Of a stretch of 63,877 nucleotides of DNA, positions 11,876 to 23,214 are shown piece after piece. The stretch covers positions 1 through 63,877 of the forward strand of contig NW_021831865.1 of NCBI RefSeq assembly GCF_006345805.1. The letters run 5' to 3'. The notes beneath the pieces are model-generated. The model did not search any database, was not told where the DNA came from, and saw only the letters and a program-made list of their open reading frames with translations. Both the position numbers and the translations under genes were made by a program. Within the stretch, counting starts at the first letter, position 1; each line of letters opens with the position of its first letter. The DNA comes from Octopus sinensis (taxonomy: Eukaryota).

Positions 11876-12706
11876 GTATATATATATATTATATATGCTT
11901 ATGTGTGTGTATGCGTGTGTCTGTGTGTATACAAACATTGACATAAACTCTCACGTACACAATATTTCCACTCCACTAACACACATGCACACATATATAC
12001 CATATACGTCGTCCGATTGCTTTTTTATTTTTATTTCTAATATCATCTAATAGTTCAAGTGACAGCCATTTTTTTTTTAATGATTGTATCGCTATCGCTT
12101 TATTTTTGCTTTATTTTATACAATTTCTTGTAGTTTGTTGATGAAGATTTGAAGATGAAGAATAAAAAAAAAGAAAAAGAAACGAGAAAAGAACGAAACA
12201 AAATACAATTTGTTAAAAATTACTGAAGGTTCTTGTAGTTTATTTCGCTACTCTTCAATTTTCTATACTGTATTAGATGTGAAATGTTATATTTTCTGAA
12301 TGTTGTAAATGGATTAAAGACAAATGAATATATTACATTCAATTCATTTATACCTTTTAAAATAATACTTAACAATTGCAGTTTATTTTTATGTAAATAT
12401 AAATGCAAAACTTCTTTTTCTCTATAAATCAATGCCTTTATTTCACAAAAACTAAAAGCCACTGGGGACTGGAAAGTATTATAAAAGAGAATCTATCATT
12501 TTTACAAATGTTAAAACGAGAATTAGAAATGCTAAGAAATGTAATAGAAAACATTATGGCAACAAATGTAACACACACACATACTCACCTATGCATATAC
12601 ATACATACAGACAGATATATATATATTTATACATGTATATGTGTGTATATATAAATATGTGTATGTATACATATGCATACATATACATATATATATACAT
12701 ATATAT

Positions 12707-12760
<54 letters not shown>

Positions 12761-13254
12761 GCGAATATGCATGTGTGAATATGGGCGTGCGTGTGTGTGT
12801 AAAAGAGAAAAAAAGAATTTCAAACGTATTAACAAATTTAATGAGACAACAATACTACTGTCACGAGACCAACAAAGTAGAATGGGAACTAGATAATGAC
12901 AAATCGAAAATATGTTAAGATGCACCTTCCTAAAGCTTTCTACCATGGCAACGCCAGTGGCGATGAGGTTGGGGTTATAAGTAACCTATGGAAAGTGCTC
13001 AAAGAGGCTACTATTGATATTTGAATAGAAGTGTCTCTGAAGATTTTCAAAACGCCAAATACAAACGATAAAGATAATCGGGCTGGGATTCCGAGATACT
13101 TCACATAAATATCTAAAATATATCACTTAAAACATACGTTAATTCCGTGCGTATAATAAAAATAGCAATGAACTCGCTTACATCAATGTACGCACTCTTA
13201 TACACCTATTTCCACACGCATTTACGTAAATAAGTATCTATGCATATATATATA

Positions 13255-13313
<59 letters not shown>

Positions 13314-13324
13314 TATAATATATA

Positions 13325-13401
<77 letters not shown>

Positions 13402-14364
13402 GCATATATATATATATGTATATATGTATGTATATATATATATACATACAACACATGCATACAAGTACATACGCATGCACATACGCATGTATGTTTATGA
13501 ATGCATATATTTATACATATGTGTGAGTGTGTCTGAGTGTATATCTAATCAAACGGTCTATAGCTTTGAACTTATCAGTAAAATATATAAAATCAACACA
13601 TATTCTGGAGAAATTTAATTGAACTGCTCACAACTGTCCTGTTTACGATATATCAGTAACCACTATATTTCTAAAGCTTATTGTAATTCTACCTAAAATT
13701 ATCTATACAAACTTATACATACACACGTCCGCATAAAGGGAGCAAATTCTTTCAAATACAAAACAATATAGAAAATGCATTCTCGCAAACTTACAATATA
13801 TAAATTGCCATGTTTAATACAGGGAGTATGAAAAGTTAGCTAGAAATAGTTATGAAGTGTTAAAGGAATATTATTCAATGACTTTGCATTGGTTTAATTA
13901 CTGTACAAGAGACTGCTCCACTTACGCTTTGATCTTATTCTGTCCTTATCAGAGAACTGTAGATATGAATTTAATTAGTGAAATAGTGCATAAGTTGGTG
14001 TGCAAAGGCAATATTGTTTAGACAATAAGTAACTAATAGATGCCTTACACATGAAAACTATATTTCAGTTAATATCAGCATATTTAATCTATCTTAATTT
14101 ATTATTCAGAGAGAAAGAAAATTCAAGGGCAATAGTAGTCAATAACTAATATTAATTTTTCTTTTCCGGGTAGTAGTGGACACAATTGAGAATCTCCGTA
14201 AGACTTATATCTCCAGTGAAGTACAACTTTCATCTCTGTTTCCGAACAATGATGAGAGAAATATAAATACCAACAGATGCACATAACTGCTTACTATGAT
14301 GAATACTTAAATACATTTATACAGGAAAATATTTTTGTGCATTTATATACAAGTATATAGGAGT

Positions 14365-14775
14365 GGCGCAGGAGTGGCTGTGTGGTAAGTAGCTTGCTAA
14401 CCAGCCACATGGTTCTGGGTTCAGTCCCACTGCGTGGCATCTTAGGCAAGTGTCTTCTGCTATAGCCCCGGGCCGACCAATGCCTTCTGAGTGGATTTGG
14501 TAGACGGAAACTGAAAGAAGCCTGTCGTATATATGTATATATATATATGTATGTGTGTGTGTTTGTGTGTGTGTGTTTGTCCCCCTAGCATTGCTTGACA
14601 ACCGATGTTGGTGTGTTTACGTCCCCGTCACCTAGCGGTTCGGCTAAAGAGACTGATAGAATAAGTACTGGGCTTATAAAGAATAAGTCCCGGGGTCGAT
14701 TTGCTCGACTAAAGGCAGTGCTCCAGCATGGCCGCAGTCAAATGACTGAAACAAGTAAAAGATTAAAAGATTAAA
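14365..14775 (+). mobile_element. SINE family A (tRNA-like head, internal (TA)n(TG)n, (AGTAAA(A))n-like tail)
   Basis: GGCGCAGGAGTGGCTGTGTGG...GGTTCAGTCCC head; internal microsatellite; tail CCAGCATGGCCGCAGTCAAATGACTGAAACAAGTAAAAG. Nine near-complete copies in the window. Confidence 0.9.
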
Positions 14776-14965
14776 GAAAGATTAAGTAAGATTACGCAGA
14801 AAGACGGTAAATATAGTCATAGGTAATCGCAAATTTTCTAATCACTTTGTTACATCTGTATATAGCATGCAAAACTGACACCTTGGGTATTTTCTCTCGG
14901 CGCTATGGTAGATTTTCACAATCTACATGACTATTGTCCCTATCTCTCTCTTTCTATCCCTACCC

Positions 14966-15036
<71 letters not shown>

Positions 15037-15039
<3 letters not shown>

Positions 15040-16348
15040 GAGGAGGGCTGGGTATGCCGTGGTTGATGATGCGCAGACACGCGCTGAGACTGCGACATCT
15101 CTGGCTCTATGTAGACGACGGTGAACAGGTGTGGTCGCCGTTTGTGAGGCACGCTTTCCCGCAGCTCGTCTCCATGACCGAACTGCAGTCGTGGATCAAA
15201 AAGAGGCCGAGGAAGGGCGAATGGCACCGCGAGTGTCGCGTTGCTCTCAAGCAACTCTGCCGTCCTGGGTCGACCTTGAGTGACTTCAACACAACCAAAG
15301 CATTCTATAGGGGATTAGTGGAGGGGAGGTACGACGACGAGCTCGGGCGAACCTGTACGTCGACGAGGAGTACCTGACCCGCCTGTTCAGGACGACTTTC
15401 GGGCCAGGGCCCATGGACAACTTCCAGAGATCCCTGGCCTGGCAGTGCTACCGAGAAGCGCTACCCGTTCGGGACAAGCTCTACAGACACGGCTCGAGAA
15501 ACACGGGGCCGACCTGCCCGAGATGCGGTCAGAGCGACGAAACCGTTCTGCACGCACTCGTGCAGTGTCCAACAATTTCCGACCTGTGGTCTTGTGTCGA
15601 ACAACTGCTGTCACGTGTGGGACGAGTCGGTTTATCAGCTGAGTCTATCGTCAATATTGTCACGCCTCCTACCTTCAAACGGGAAGGAAGAGCTATTTTC
15701 ATCATCCTTGTGGCTATGGCGAAAGAATGTATCTGGTGGACGCGTCTGAAAGGATTGGAGACAAACACTTTCCTCTCTGGTCAATCTCTCATCAACTTCT
15801 TCAAGTACCATTTGAAAAGGAAAGTGAGAGTAGAGAGGCAAGTTTTGTCTAGCGAATGTTTTAAAAAAAGATGGGTGAATGTAGCAAGAATGGCACGTAT
15901 GAATGACGAAGCCACCTTGAGCATAATCCTATGAACCCAGAAATTGAAAACAGAGGGTTACCCACTTGCAAACAAATGTGGTAACATATAACAATATTGA
16001 CCAAGGTTACCGTGGTCTTTTTCGTAGGCTTTTCTTCCCACGGATAAACCTTATTTGCTTTCCCTTTTACACCATATATCATAACACTGTGATACACGAT
16101 CCCTATTGATCGTTTTTTTTTCCTCTTCCCCTTTTTTGTCCCCTTTTTTCTTCTTTTTTCATTTCTCTTTCCTTTTGTTCCTTTTCCTTTTCCTTTTTTT
16201 TTCTTCCCTTTTACGATCCCTCTTGATCGAAAACCTACGCCACCCCCTTTTTTTTCTTTTGTTTTTTGTTCTCTTCATCCCCCAAAAGAAAAGCTCTACC
16301 TTGTAACGTGTCCCATCTGTGTGCAGCCCTGTGTGGCCAATAAAGAAA

Positions 16349-16350
<2 letters not shown>
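15037..16350 (+). mobile_element. 5'-truncated Tx1/L1-clade LINE: ORF2 C-terminus (zf-RVT), T-rich 3' UTR, AATAAA
   Basis: ORFs 15054-15377 and 15413-15934 join through one frameshift near 15347 (ELG/ANLYVDEEYL...). The zinc knuckle is AWQCYREALPV...CPRCGQSDETVLHALVQCP...W. GC-rich, with no stops other than that caused by the frameshift. Flanked by (TCTA)n at 5' and (TA)n at 3'. Confidence 0.9.
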
Positions 16351-16401
<51 letters not shown>

Positions 16402-16402
<1 letters not shown>

Positions 16403-16585
16403 AAGGGAAAGTTTACGAAAATAAACAAAAGACGAAGGCAGGTAGAGTACAAACAAACAAATGTATTAGTATGGCGATTAGTATAGCGTTCAGGAATTGA
16501 AAAAGTCTTTGACGTTTCGAGCCTACGCTCTTCGACAGAAAGAGACACATAAAAAAACAAGGAGAGAAAAAAATGCGTGAAGGAG
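16402..16585 (-). mobile_element. Short Penelope-pLTR-like element with variant hammerhead, abutting (TA)n
   Basis: Contains the minus-strand motif at 16506-16543; the body runs to the (TA)n tract at 16351-16401. Confidence 0.55.
16506..16543 (-). ncRNA. Minimal type I hammerhead-like motif with non-canonical core CUGUCGA
   Basis: Minus strand reads TCTTT-CTGTCGA-A-GAGC(gtag)GCTC-GAAAC-GTC-AAAGA: 5-bp stem I, 4-bp stem II, palindromic ACGT stem III, GUC cleavage triplet; A6 is replaced by U. Confidence 0.55.
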
Positions 16586-16590
16586 CTAAT

Positions 16591-17276
16591 TGATTAATCT
16601 ATATTTTTGTTACTTTTCATTTGTCTTGCTCGCTTACGTTTCAGGTGTGCTAAATTTTCTGGAGAACAATTCTTAGTGGTTGAGACCATAGCGGATCTTC
16701 TTCTAGCATAAGGGTTTCCACATAGTGGTTAAAAATTCCCTCTTATATTTATGTATGAAATACTATTTACTGAATCTCAGTTTTTTTTATATGCTAGACC
16801 ACTGGTGTTAAAATTGATGTTATCAAATTAATCTTCATTTTGATTTTAATTTTAAATTAATACGTTCTCAAACCGGCGAAAACTACTGCAGTGAATTATT
16901 TATGCAGTATTTATTTCGGTAATTTAGCGCGCCTAAACGAAGACTTTTGAAAATAACCGCAAATGTAATTGGTGGAACTACACGGATTTTCGACCTCGTG
17001 TTGATATCCGGCGTGAGGTTCTACAAATTATATCTTGCATAGAGGATCACACTGACGATCTACAGATAAGTTGTGTAAGTAAAATTACGTAATTTGTTGA
17101 TAGTGAAACAATTGTTTATGATTAATCTATATTTTTGTTACTTTTCCTTTGTCTTGCTCGCTTAAGTTTCAGGTGTGCTAAATTTTCTGGAGAACAATTC
17201 TTAGTGGTTGAGACTATAGCGGATCTTCTTCTAGCATAAGGGTTTCCACATAGTGGTTAAAATATTCCCTCTTATA
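16591..17276. repeat. ~157-bp direct repeat pair (16591-16747 / 17119-17276)
   Basis: TGATTAATCTATATTTTTGTTACTTTTC...TTCCCTCTTATA twice, with only a few substitutions and one indel. Confidence 0.9.
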
Positions 17277-17619
17277 AATATATATATATATACATATATA
17301 TATACATACATTTATATATACACACACACACATATTTATATATACATATATATATATATACATATACATATATAAACACACACACACATATATTTATAGG
17401 AATTTTGCAAAGGTACGTGTGGCACTTACGATCAGGAGTTCCTGGTTTCGATTTCCAGACAGGGCTGTGCATTATATTCTTGAACAAAGTTCCTCGTCTC
17501 TCATTATTTTGATATATGACACGTGGCACTCTTGCACACTTGTAGCACAGGCAATGTCGACTCGAGTGGGTGAGACAAACATATGTGAATACTGAATACT
17601 ACGCTATTATCCTTGAGAG

Positions 17620-18061
17620 ATCCTGTCATATAGGCGTTTGGTGCGTAAGAGCACCATACACCAATCACCTATATGTGAACATCCAAATACCTCAACATTG
17701 TTCTCGCCCCCTAGTCGCTTCCCTCCCCCACATCTACAACACTAAGCATGCTCTCCGTATCTTCTGTTCACTCTTGATATCAAGAGTTTATATACGGTGG
17801 CCATGGGAACAAGAATGGACCCCACCTATGCGAATCTGGTTGTTGGCTATATGGAGGCCCAAATATTCTCACAATTCACTGGTCCCACTCCCTAAAAATA
17901 CGGTCATTATATCGATGACTGTATCGGCGCGACATCAATCTCCCGCGAACAACTAGACTCCTTCCTCTCTTTTGTCCAATCCTTCCATACTGTCCTCAAA
18001 TTCACCTGCACTATCTCTAACCCTTCTGTCGAATTTCTCGATATTTTTGTCAGAATACACC

Positions 18062-18062
<1 letters not shown>
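17620..18062 (+). mobile_element. Penelope-like element reverse-transcriptase fragment
   Basis: VAMGTRMDPTYANLVVGYMEAQIFSQFTGPTP*KYGHYIDDCIG...SFVQSFHTVLKFT...VEFLDI, i.e. the PLE RT G.AMG and YIDD motifs. Confidence 0.85.
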
Positions 18063-18113
<51 letters not shown>

Positions 18114-18835
18114 TACGAAGATGTACTTGCATAGCAAGTGATCTGATCTGAGATCGTATGCTGGAACGAAAACAATTGCAGCACGGACAAAATTCCGTGT
18201 TGCACGGAATTTTGCCTGTGAACAGGTCGCGGTCACAAAGCGATGAAAATATTTTGACAAATTAAATTTAAATGTTGAAGTGAATCTAACGGTTTTTGTA
18301 TGTTTCTTAAATGGCTTATAAACACCTTCCACGCTGCAATTATATATATATATATATATATATGTAACACTAACCTCCCAGTAGAGGGCTTTTTACGTGA
18401 CACAAACACGGGTAATGTCAGGTTTGACAAGGTTTTTACAGCTGGATGCCCTAACAAACGCCAACCACTTTGCATTGTGGATTGGATCCTTTTTACGCGG
18501 TATCAATACATTAACCACTTTTAAGACTTGCTAAATTAATGAGAATAGGCTTTGCTGAGATGTTATGAAACAGAAACTTCCTTCTCATTTACTTAAGATG
18601 AACAGTATTATAGCATTGTTTTTATTTTCTAAATATTTCAGGTAGCTGATATGGTAGCTTGTGGTTTTCATGCATTAAAACCACACAAAGTAGATATCGC
18701 CAATAAAGTACAAGGAGACCCTCTGTGAATGGAAGCTTTACATCCTACTACATATCTGAGACCCTAACACAGGCGCAAATAATGGTATACAATTTAGCAT
18801 AGGTGTCAATATCACAACTTATTATTTAGGGTATG

Positions 18836-19241
18836 TCGCTTATATAAAATCCGTTCTGTCTGTCTGTGTGTGTGTCTTCTAGGATTTCGGGCATCCTCCA
18901 TTCGATTGCGCTCAAATTTGATATGTAGATACCGATGGTATCAGGGCGTGTATAAGTCTTGAAAAAATTACAAAAATTGATTCCATGTGAGAATGTGATC
19001 GATAAAGCCGTGGGAATGTGCACTTGTACGCGCAAGTACATCAGCTGTTGCGATCGATACTACGTGTACGCGAGAAAAATGCACGTGCAGTTTGCGCACA
19101 GAAAGCCAGCCTGTTTGGTGTCTCAAATTTAGGTTAAATCAGTGTTTCTCAAAGGGGAGGCCTATGGGACGGTCGGACGAGCTGTTTTGAGAAAATTTGA
19201 CAACTCAGCACCGTCCATTGGACGAGGGACATTTTGCTCGT
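18836..19241 (+). mobile_element. Putative non-autonomous Helitron/Helentron-like element
   Basis: 5' TATATAAAATCCGT-(CTGT)n microsatellite; 3' hairpin CGTCCA-T-TGGACG (19212-19224) followed by CTCG|T, a variant of CTAG|T. Confidence 0.45.
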
Positions 19242-19534
19242 CTATATATATATATATAAAAAGCATTTTACAAATTGTAACACATACAATACATGGAAAC
19301 TTTTTGCTATTCTGATTCTGGATAGTAAATTGTTGAAATAGTGTCTTATAAAATTATAGCTAGACGGATAAATAAATGAGGTACTGTACGAGATATTAAT
19401 ATTTTTATATTTGAACTCGCATTTATAATGATTTTTATCATATTTTTAATGTTACAGCCAGAATAGTTTCAATAGCATTATAGTCCACGGATAAATTAAT
19501 AGGCCCTCATACATATACAGCTGTTGATTATATA

Positions 19535-19946
19535 TATTTCTTTAATACCCACAAGGGGCTAAACATAGAGGGGACAAACAAGGACAGACAAAGGGAGTAA
19601 GTTGATTACATCGACCCCAGTGAAAAACTGGTACTTTATTTATCGACCCCGAAAGGATGAAAGGTAAAGTCGACCTCGGCGGAATTTGAACTCAGGACGT
19701 AGCGGCAAACGAAATACCTATTTCTTTACTACTCACAAGGGGCTAAACATAGAGGGGACAAGCAAGGACAGACAAGGGGAGTAAGTCGATTACATCGACC
19801 CTAGTGAGAAACTGGTACTTTATTTATCGACCTCGAAAGGATGAAAGGTGAAGTCGACCTCGGCGGAATTTGAACTCAGAACGTAACGACAGACGAAATA
19901 CCGCAAAGCATTTCGCCCGGCGCGCTAACGTTTCTGCCAGCTCGCC
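19535..19946 (-). mobile_element. SINE family C, full unit plus headless tandem second unit, 15-bp TSD
   Basis: TSD GCTGTTGATTATATA at 19520-19534 and 19947-19961; units 19720-19946 and 19535-19719. Confidence 0.85.
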
Positions 19947-20124
19947 GCTGTTGATTATATAGATCAGTATTGGGTCCCGAGATCCGTGCAGCCTCCTGCA
20001 GCCTCGAGCATCACCGGACAACAGCATAAAGCATAAAATGCCCATGTTCTCGAAAAAACGCTGATTATATTGTGTATTTTAATAGAATTAAACGAAGAAA
20101 TATGAGATAAAATCATATGATATG

Positions 20125-20310
20125 CGAAGGGGTGCTGAAAGGTTCCTGGGTTTAAGGGTATCCAAGTTCTTTTAGTGGGCTTAGAAAAACTTAAGGACCG
20201 CTGCAAGATGAGTGTGAATCTGATAGGGGAATATGTGGAATAAAGTCATAATTAACTGATCCGCCCGTATTTTCTTTTACCCACAGTCAGGAACTTTTCA
20301 GCACCCCTCG
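20125..20310 (+). mobile_element. Mariner-derived MITE (~185 bp)
   Basis: TIRs CGAAGGGGTGCTGAAAGGTTCCTG / CAGGAACTTTTCAGCACCCCTCG-TA; the interior keeps the mariner C-terminus (GLEKLKDRCKM.V..IGEYVE*). Confidence 0.7.
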
Positions 20311-20312
20311 TA

Positions 20313-21260
20313 ATATAATGTAATATAATATGATATGATATAATATAATATAATATAATATAATATATAATATGATATAATATAATATAATATATTATAA
20401 TTATATAATATAATATAATATAATATAATATAATATAATATAATATAATAATATATATAATAATATAATATATAATATAATATAATATATATAATATAAT
20501 ATAATATAATATAATATAATATAATATAATATAATAATATAATAATAATATATTATAATTATATAATATAATATAATATAATTATAATATAATATAATAT
20601 AATATAATATATATAATATAATATAATATAATATAATATAATAATATATATAATATAATATAATATAATATATTATAATATAATATAATATAATATAATA
20701 TAATATATGTGGAGGCGCAATGGCCCAGTGGTTAGGACAGCGGACTTGCGGTCGGAGGATCGCGGTTTCGATTCCCAGACCGGGCGTTGTGTGTGTTTAT
20801 TGAGCGAAAAACACCTAAAAAGCTCCACGAGGCTCCGGCAGGAGATGGTGGTGATCCCTGCTGTACTCTTTCACCACTCTAAAGGCGGTGCTCCAGCATG
20901 GCCGCAGTCAAATGACTGAAACAAGTACAAAAATAATATAATATATTATATATATATATAATATAATATATATAATATAATATAATATATTATAATATAA
21001 TATATTATAATATAATATAATATTTTATAATATAATATAATATAATATTTTATATAATTATATAATATAATATAATATAATATAATATAATATATTATAT
21101 AATATAATATAATATAATATATATAATATATATAATATAATATATTATAATAATATAATATAATATAATATATTATAATATAATATAATATTATATAATA
21201 TATTATAATATAATATAATATAATATAATATAATATAATATATTATAATATAATATATGT
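20313..21260. repeat. (ATAAT)n pentamer satellite interrupted by a SINE
   Basis: Direct reading; interrupted at 20709-20932. Confidence 0.95.
20709..20932 (+). mobile_element. Chimeric SINE: family B head plus family A tail
   Basis: B sequence up to ...CTTTCACCACTCT (20880), then AAAGGCGGTGCTCCAGCATGGCCGCAGTC..., the A tail. Confidence 0.85.
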
Positions 21261-21273
21261 AAAACTGGCCATA

Positions 21274-21723
21274 GTCGCAGGAGTGGGTGTGTGGTAAGTA
21301 GCTTGCTAACCAACCACATGGTTCCGGGTTCAGTCCCACTGCGTGGCACCTTGGCCAAGTGTTTTCTGCTATAGCCCCGGGCCGACCAATGCCTTGTGAT
21401 TGGATTTGGTAAACGGAAACTGAAAGAAGCCCGTCGTATATATATATATATATATTTAAAAAAGGAGATGTGGAACACGAGTTGTGATATATAAAAAAGG
21501 AAATGAAGAAAATGCTGACAAAATAATTTAAGTAATTTAAGAGGAAAAAATCTATCAGAAGTAACTCTATCTCTCTTAAAAAAACATCTTTTGATAAGCA
21601 TAACAAATGCGCAACAGGTAAAAAGTACTTTCACCTAATTAAATTACTTAAATTACTAAATTATTTTGTCAGCATTTTCTTCATTTCCTTTTATATATAT
21701 ATATATATATTATATATATATAT

Positions 21724-21758
<35 letters not shown>

Positions 21759-22013
21759 GGTGTGGTGTGTGTGTGTGTGTGTGTGGTGTGTGTGTGTGTG
21801 TTTGTGTGTCTGTGTTTGTCCCTTTAGCATTGCTTGACAACCGATGCTGGTGTGTTTACGTCCCCATCACTTAGCGGTTCGGCAAAAGAGGCCGATAGAA
21901 TAAGTACTGGGCTTACAAAGAATAAGTTCCGGGCTCGATTTGCACGACTAAAGGCGGTGCTCCAGCATGGCCGCAGTCAAATGACTGAAACAAGTAAAAG
22001 AGTAAAGAGTAAA
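21274..22013 (+). mobile_element. SINE family A with a foldback insertion in its internal microsatellite
   Basis: Head ~21274-21436, tail ~21800-22013. Confidence 0.85.
21487..21700. mobile_element. MITE-like foldback, ~47-bp inverted arms (21495-21541 / 21647-21692)
   Basis: AAAAGGAAATGAAGAAAATGCTGACAAAATAATTTAAGTAATTTAAG and its reverse complement with a 1-nt deletion; TA repeats outside. Confidence 0.75.
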
Positions 22014-22686
22014 ATGTATTAAGTAGTCAAGAATGTTCTTGGGGAATTTTTTATTTGGGTTTTAAACCATGTATTTTCAGATTAATTTTCGTTAAATTAC
22101 TTTGACTTTATATATCATTTTAAAGCTCGTTTTTCGCTCTATCTAATCGTGTTGCTTTTTTTTTAATTATTGGGCCATAAGGAATGAGGCGGAAGTTCCG
22201 AAAAACCAGGTAAAGTAGCTAATATTGTTGGTACAAGAAGGACAAATAATCTTTTATATTCAATTACCTGTATATGAAAAGTGTAAACAGAAAACTGACA
22301 GGAAACGTACGCCAATACTCTCACACACAAAGTAACACGCAAATACACACAGACACACAGACACACACAGACACACACACACGCACGCATACACACACAT
22401 ACACACACACACGCACAAATAAATACATCTGCAAACTGATGCAAGCACACACACACTCACACGCACATACACTTAAATAAGCCTCAGATGCAATACGAAG
22501 ATGAAGACAGATTAAACAAAGATTGATTTAAAAATGAAGAAGTGTGCAAATGGCGAATAGCATATCAAATAGAAACGTTAACACAAATCAAAATATAACA
22601 CATGCCTGATCATCACCATGTAAACCACCACATATAAGCGCACGCACACACACATACACACTGTCAAATATATATACATAGCTGTG

Positions 22687-22760
<74 letters not shown>

Positions 22761-22762
<2 letters not shown>

Positions 22763-22958
22763 CGCAGGAGTGGCTGTGTGGTAAGTAGCTTACTAACCAA
22801 CCACATGGTTCCGGGTTCAGTCCCACTGCGTGGCATCTTGGGCAAGTGTCTTCTGCTATAGCCCCGGGCCGACCAATGCCTTGTGAGTGGATTTGGTAGA
22901 CGGAAACTGAAAGAAGCCTGTAGTATATATGAATATATATATATATATATAATATATA

Positions 22959-22997
<39 letters not shown>

Positions 22998-23214
22998 TGT
23001 GTGTGTATATGTTTGTGTGTCTGTGTTTGTTCCCCTAGCATTGCTTGACAACCGATGCTGGTGTGTTTACGTCCCCGTCACCTAGCGGTTCGGCAAAAGC
23101 GACCGATAGTATAAGTACTGGGCTTACAAAGAATAAGTCCCGGGGTCGATTTGCTCCACTAAAGGCGGTGCTCCAGCATGACCGCAGTCAAATGACTGAA
23201 ACAAGTAAAAGAGA
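22761..23214 (+). mobile_element. SINE family A
   Basis: Full head, ~100-bp internal microsatellite and tail; follows a (TA)n tract. Confidence 0.9.
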
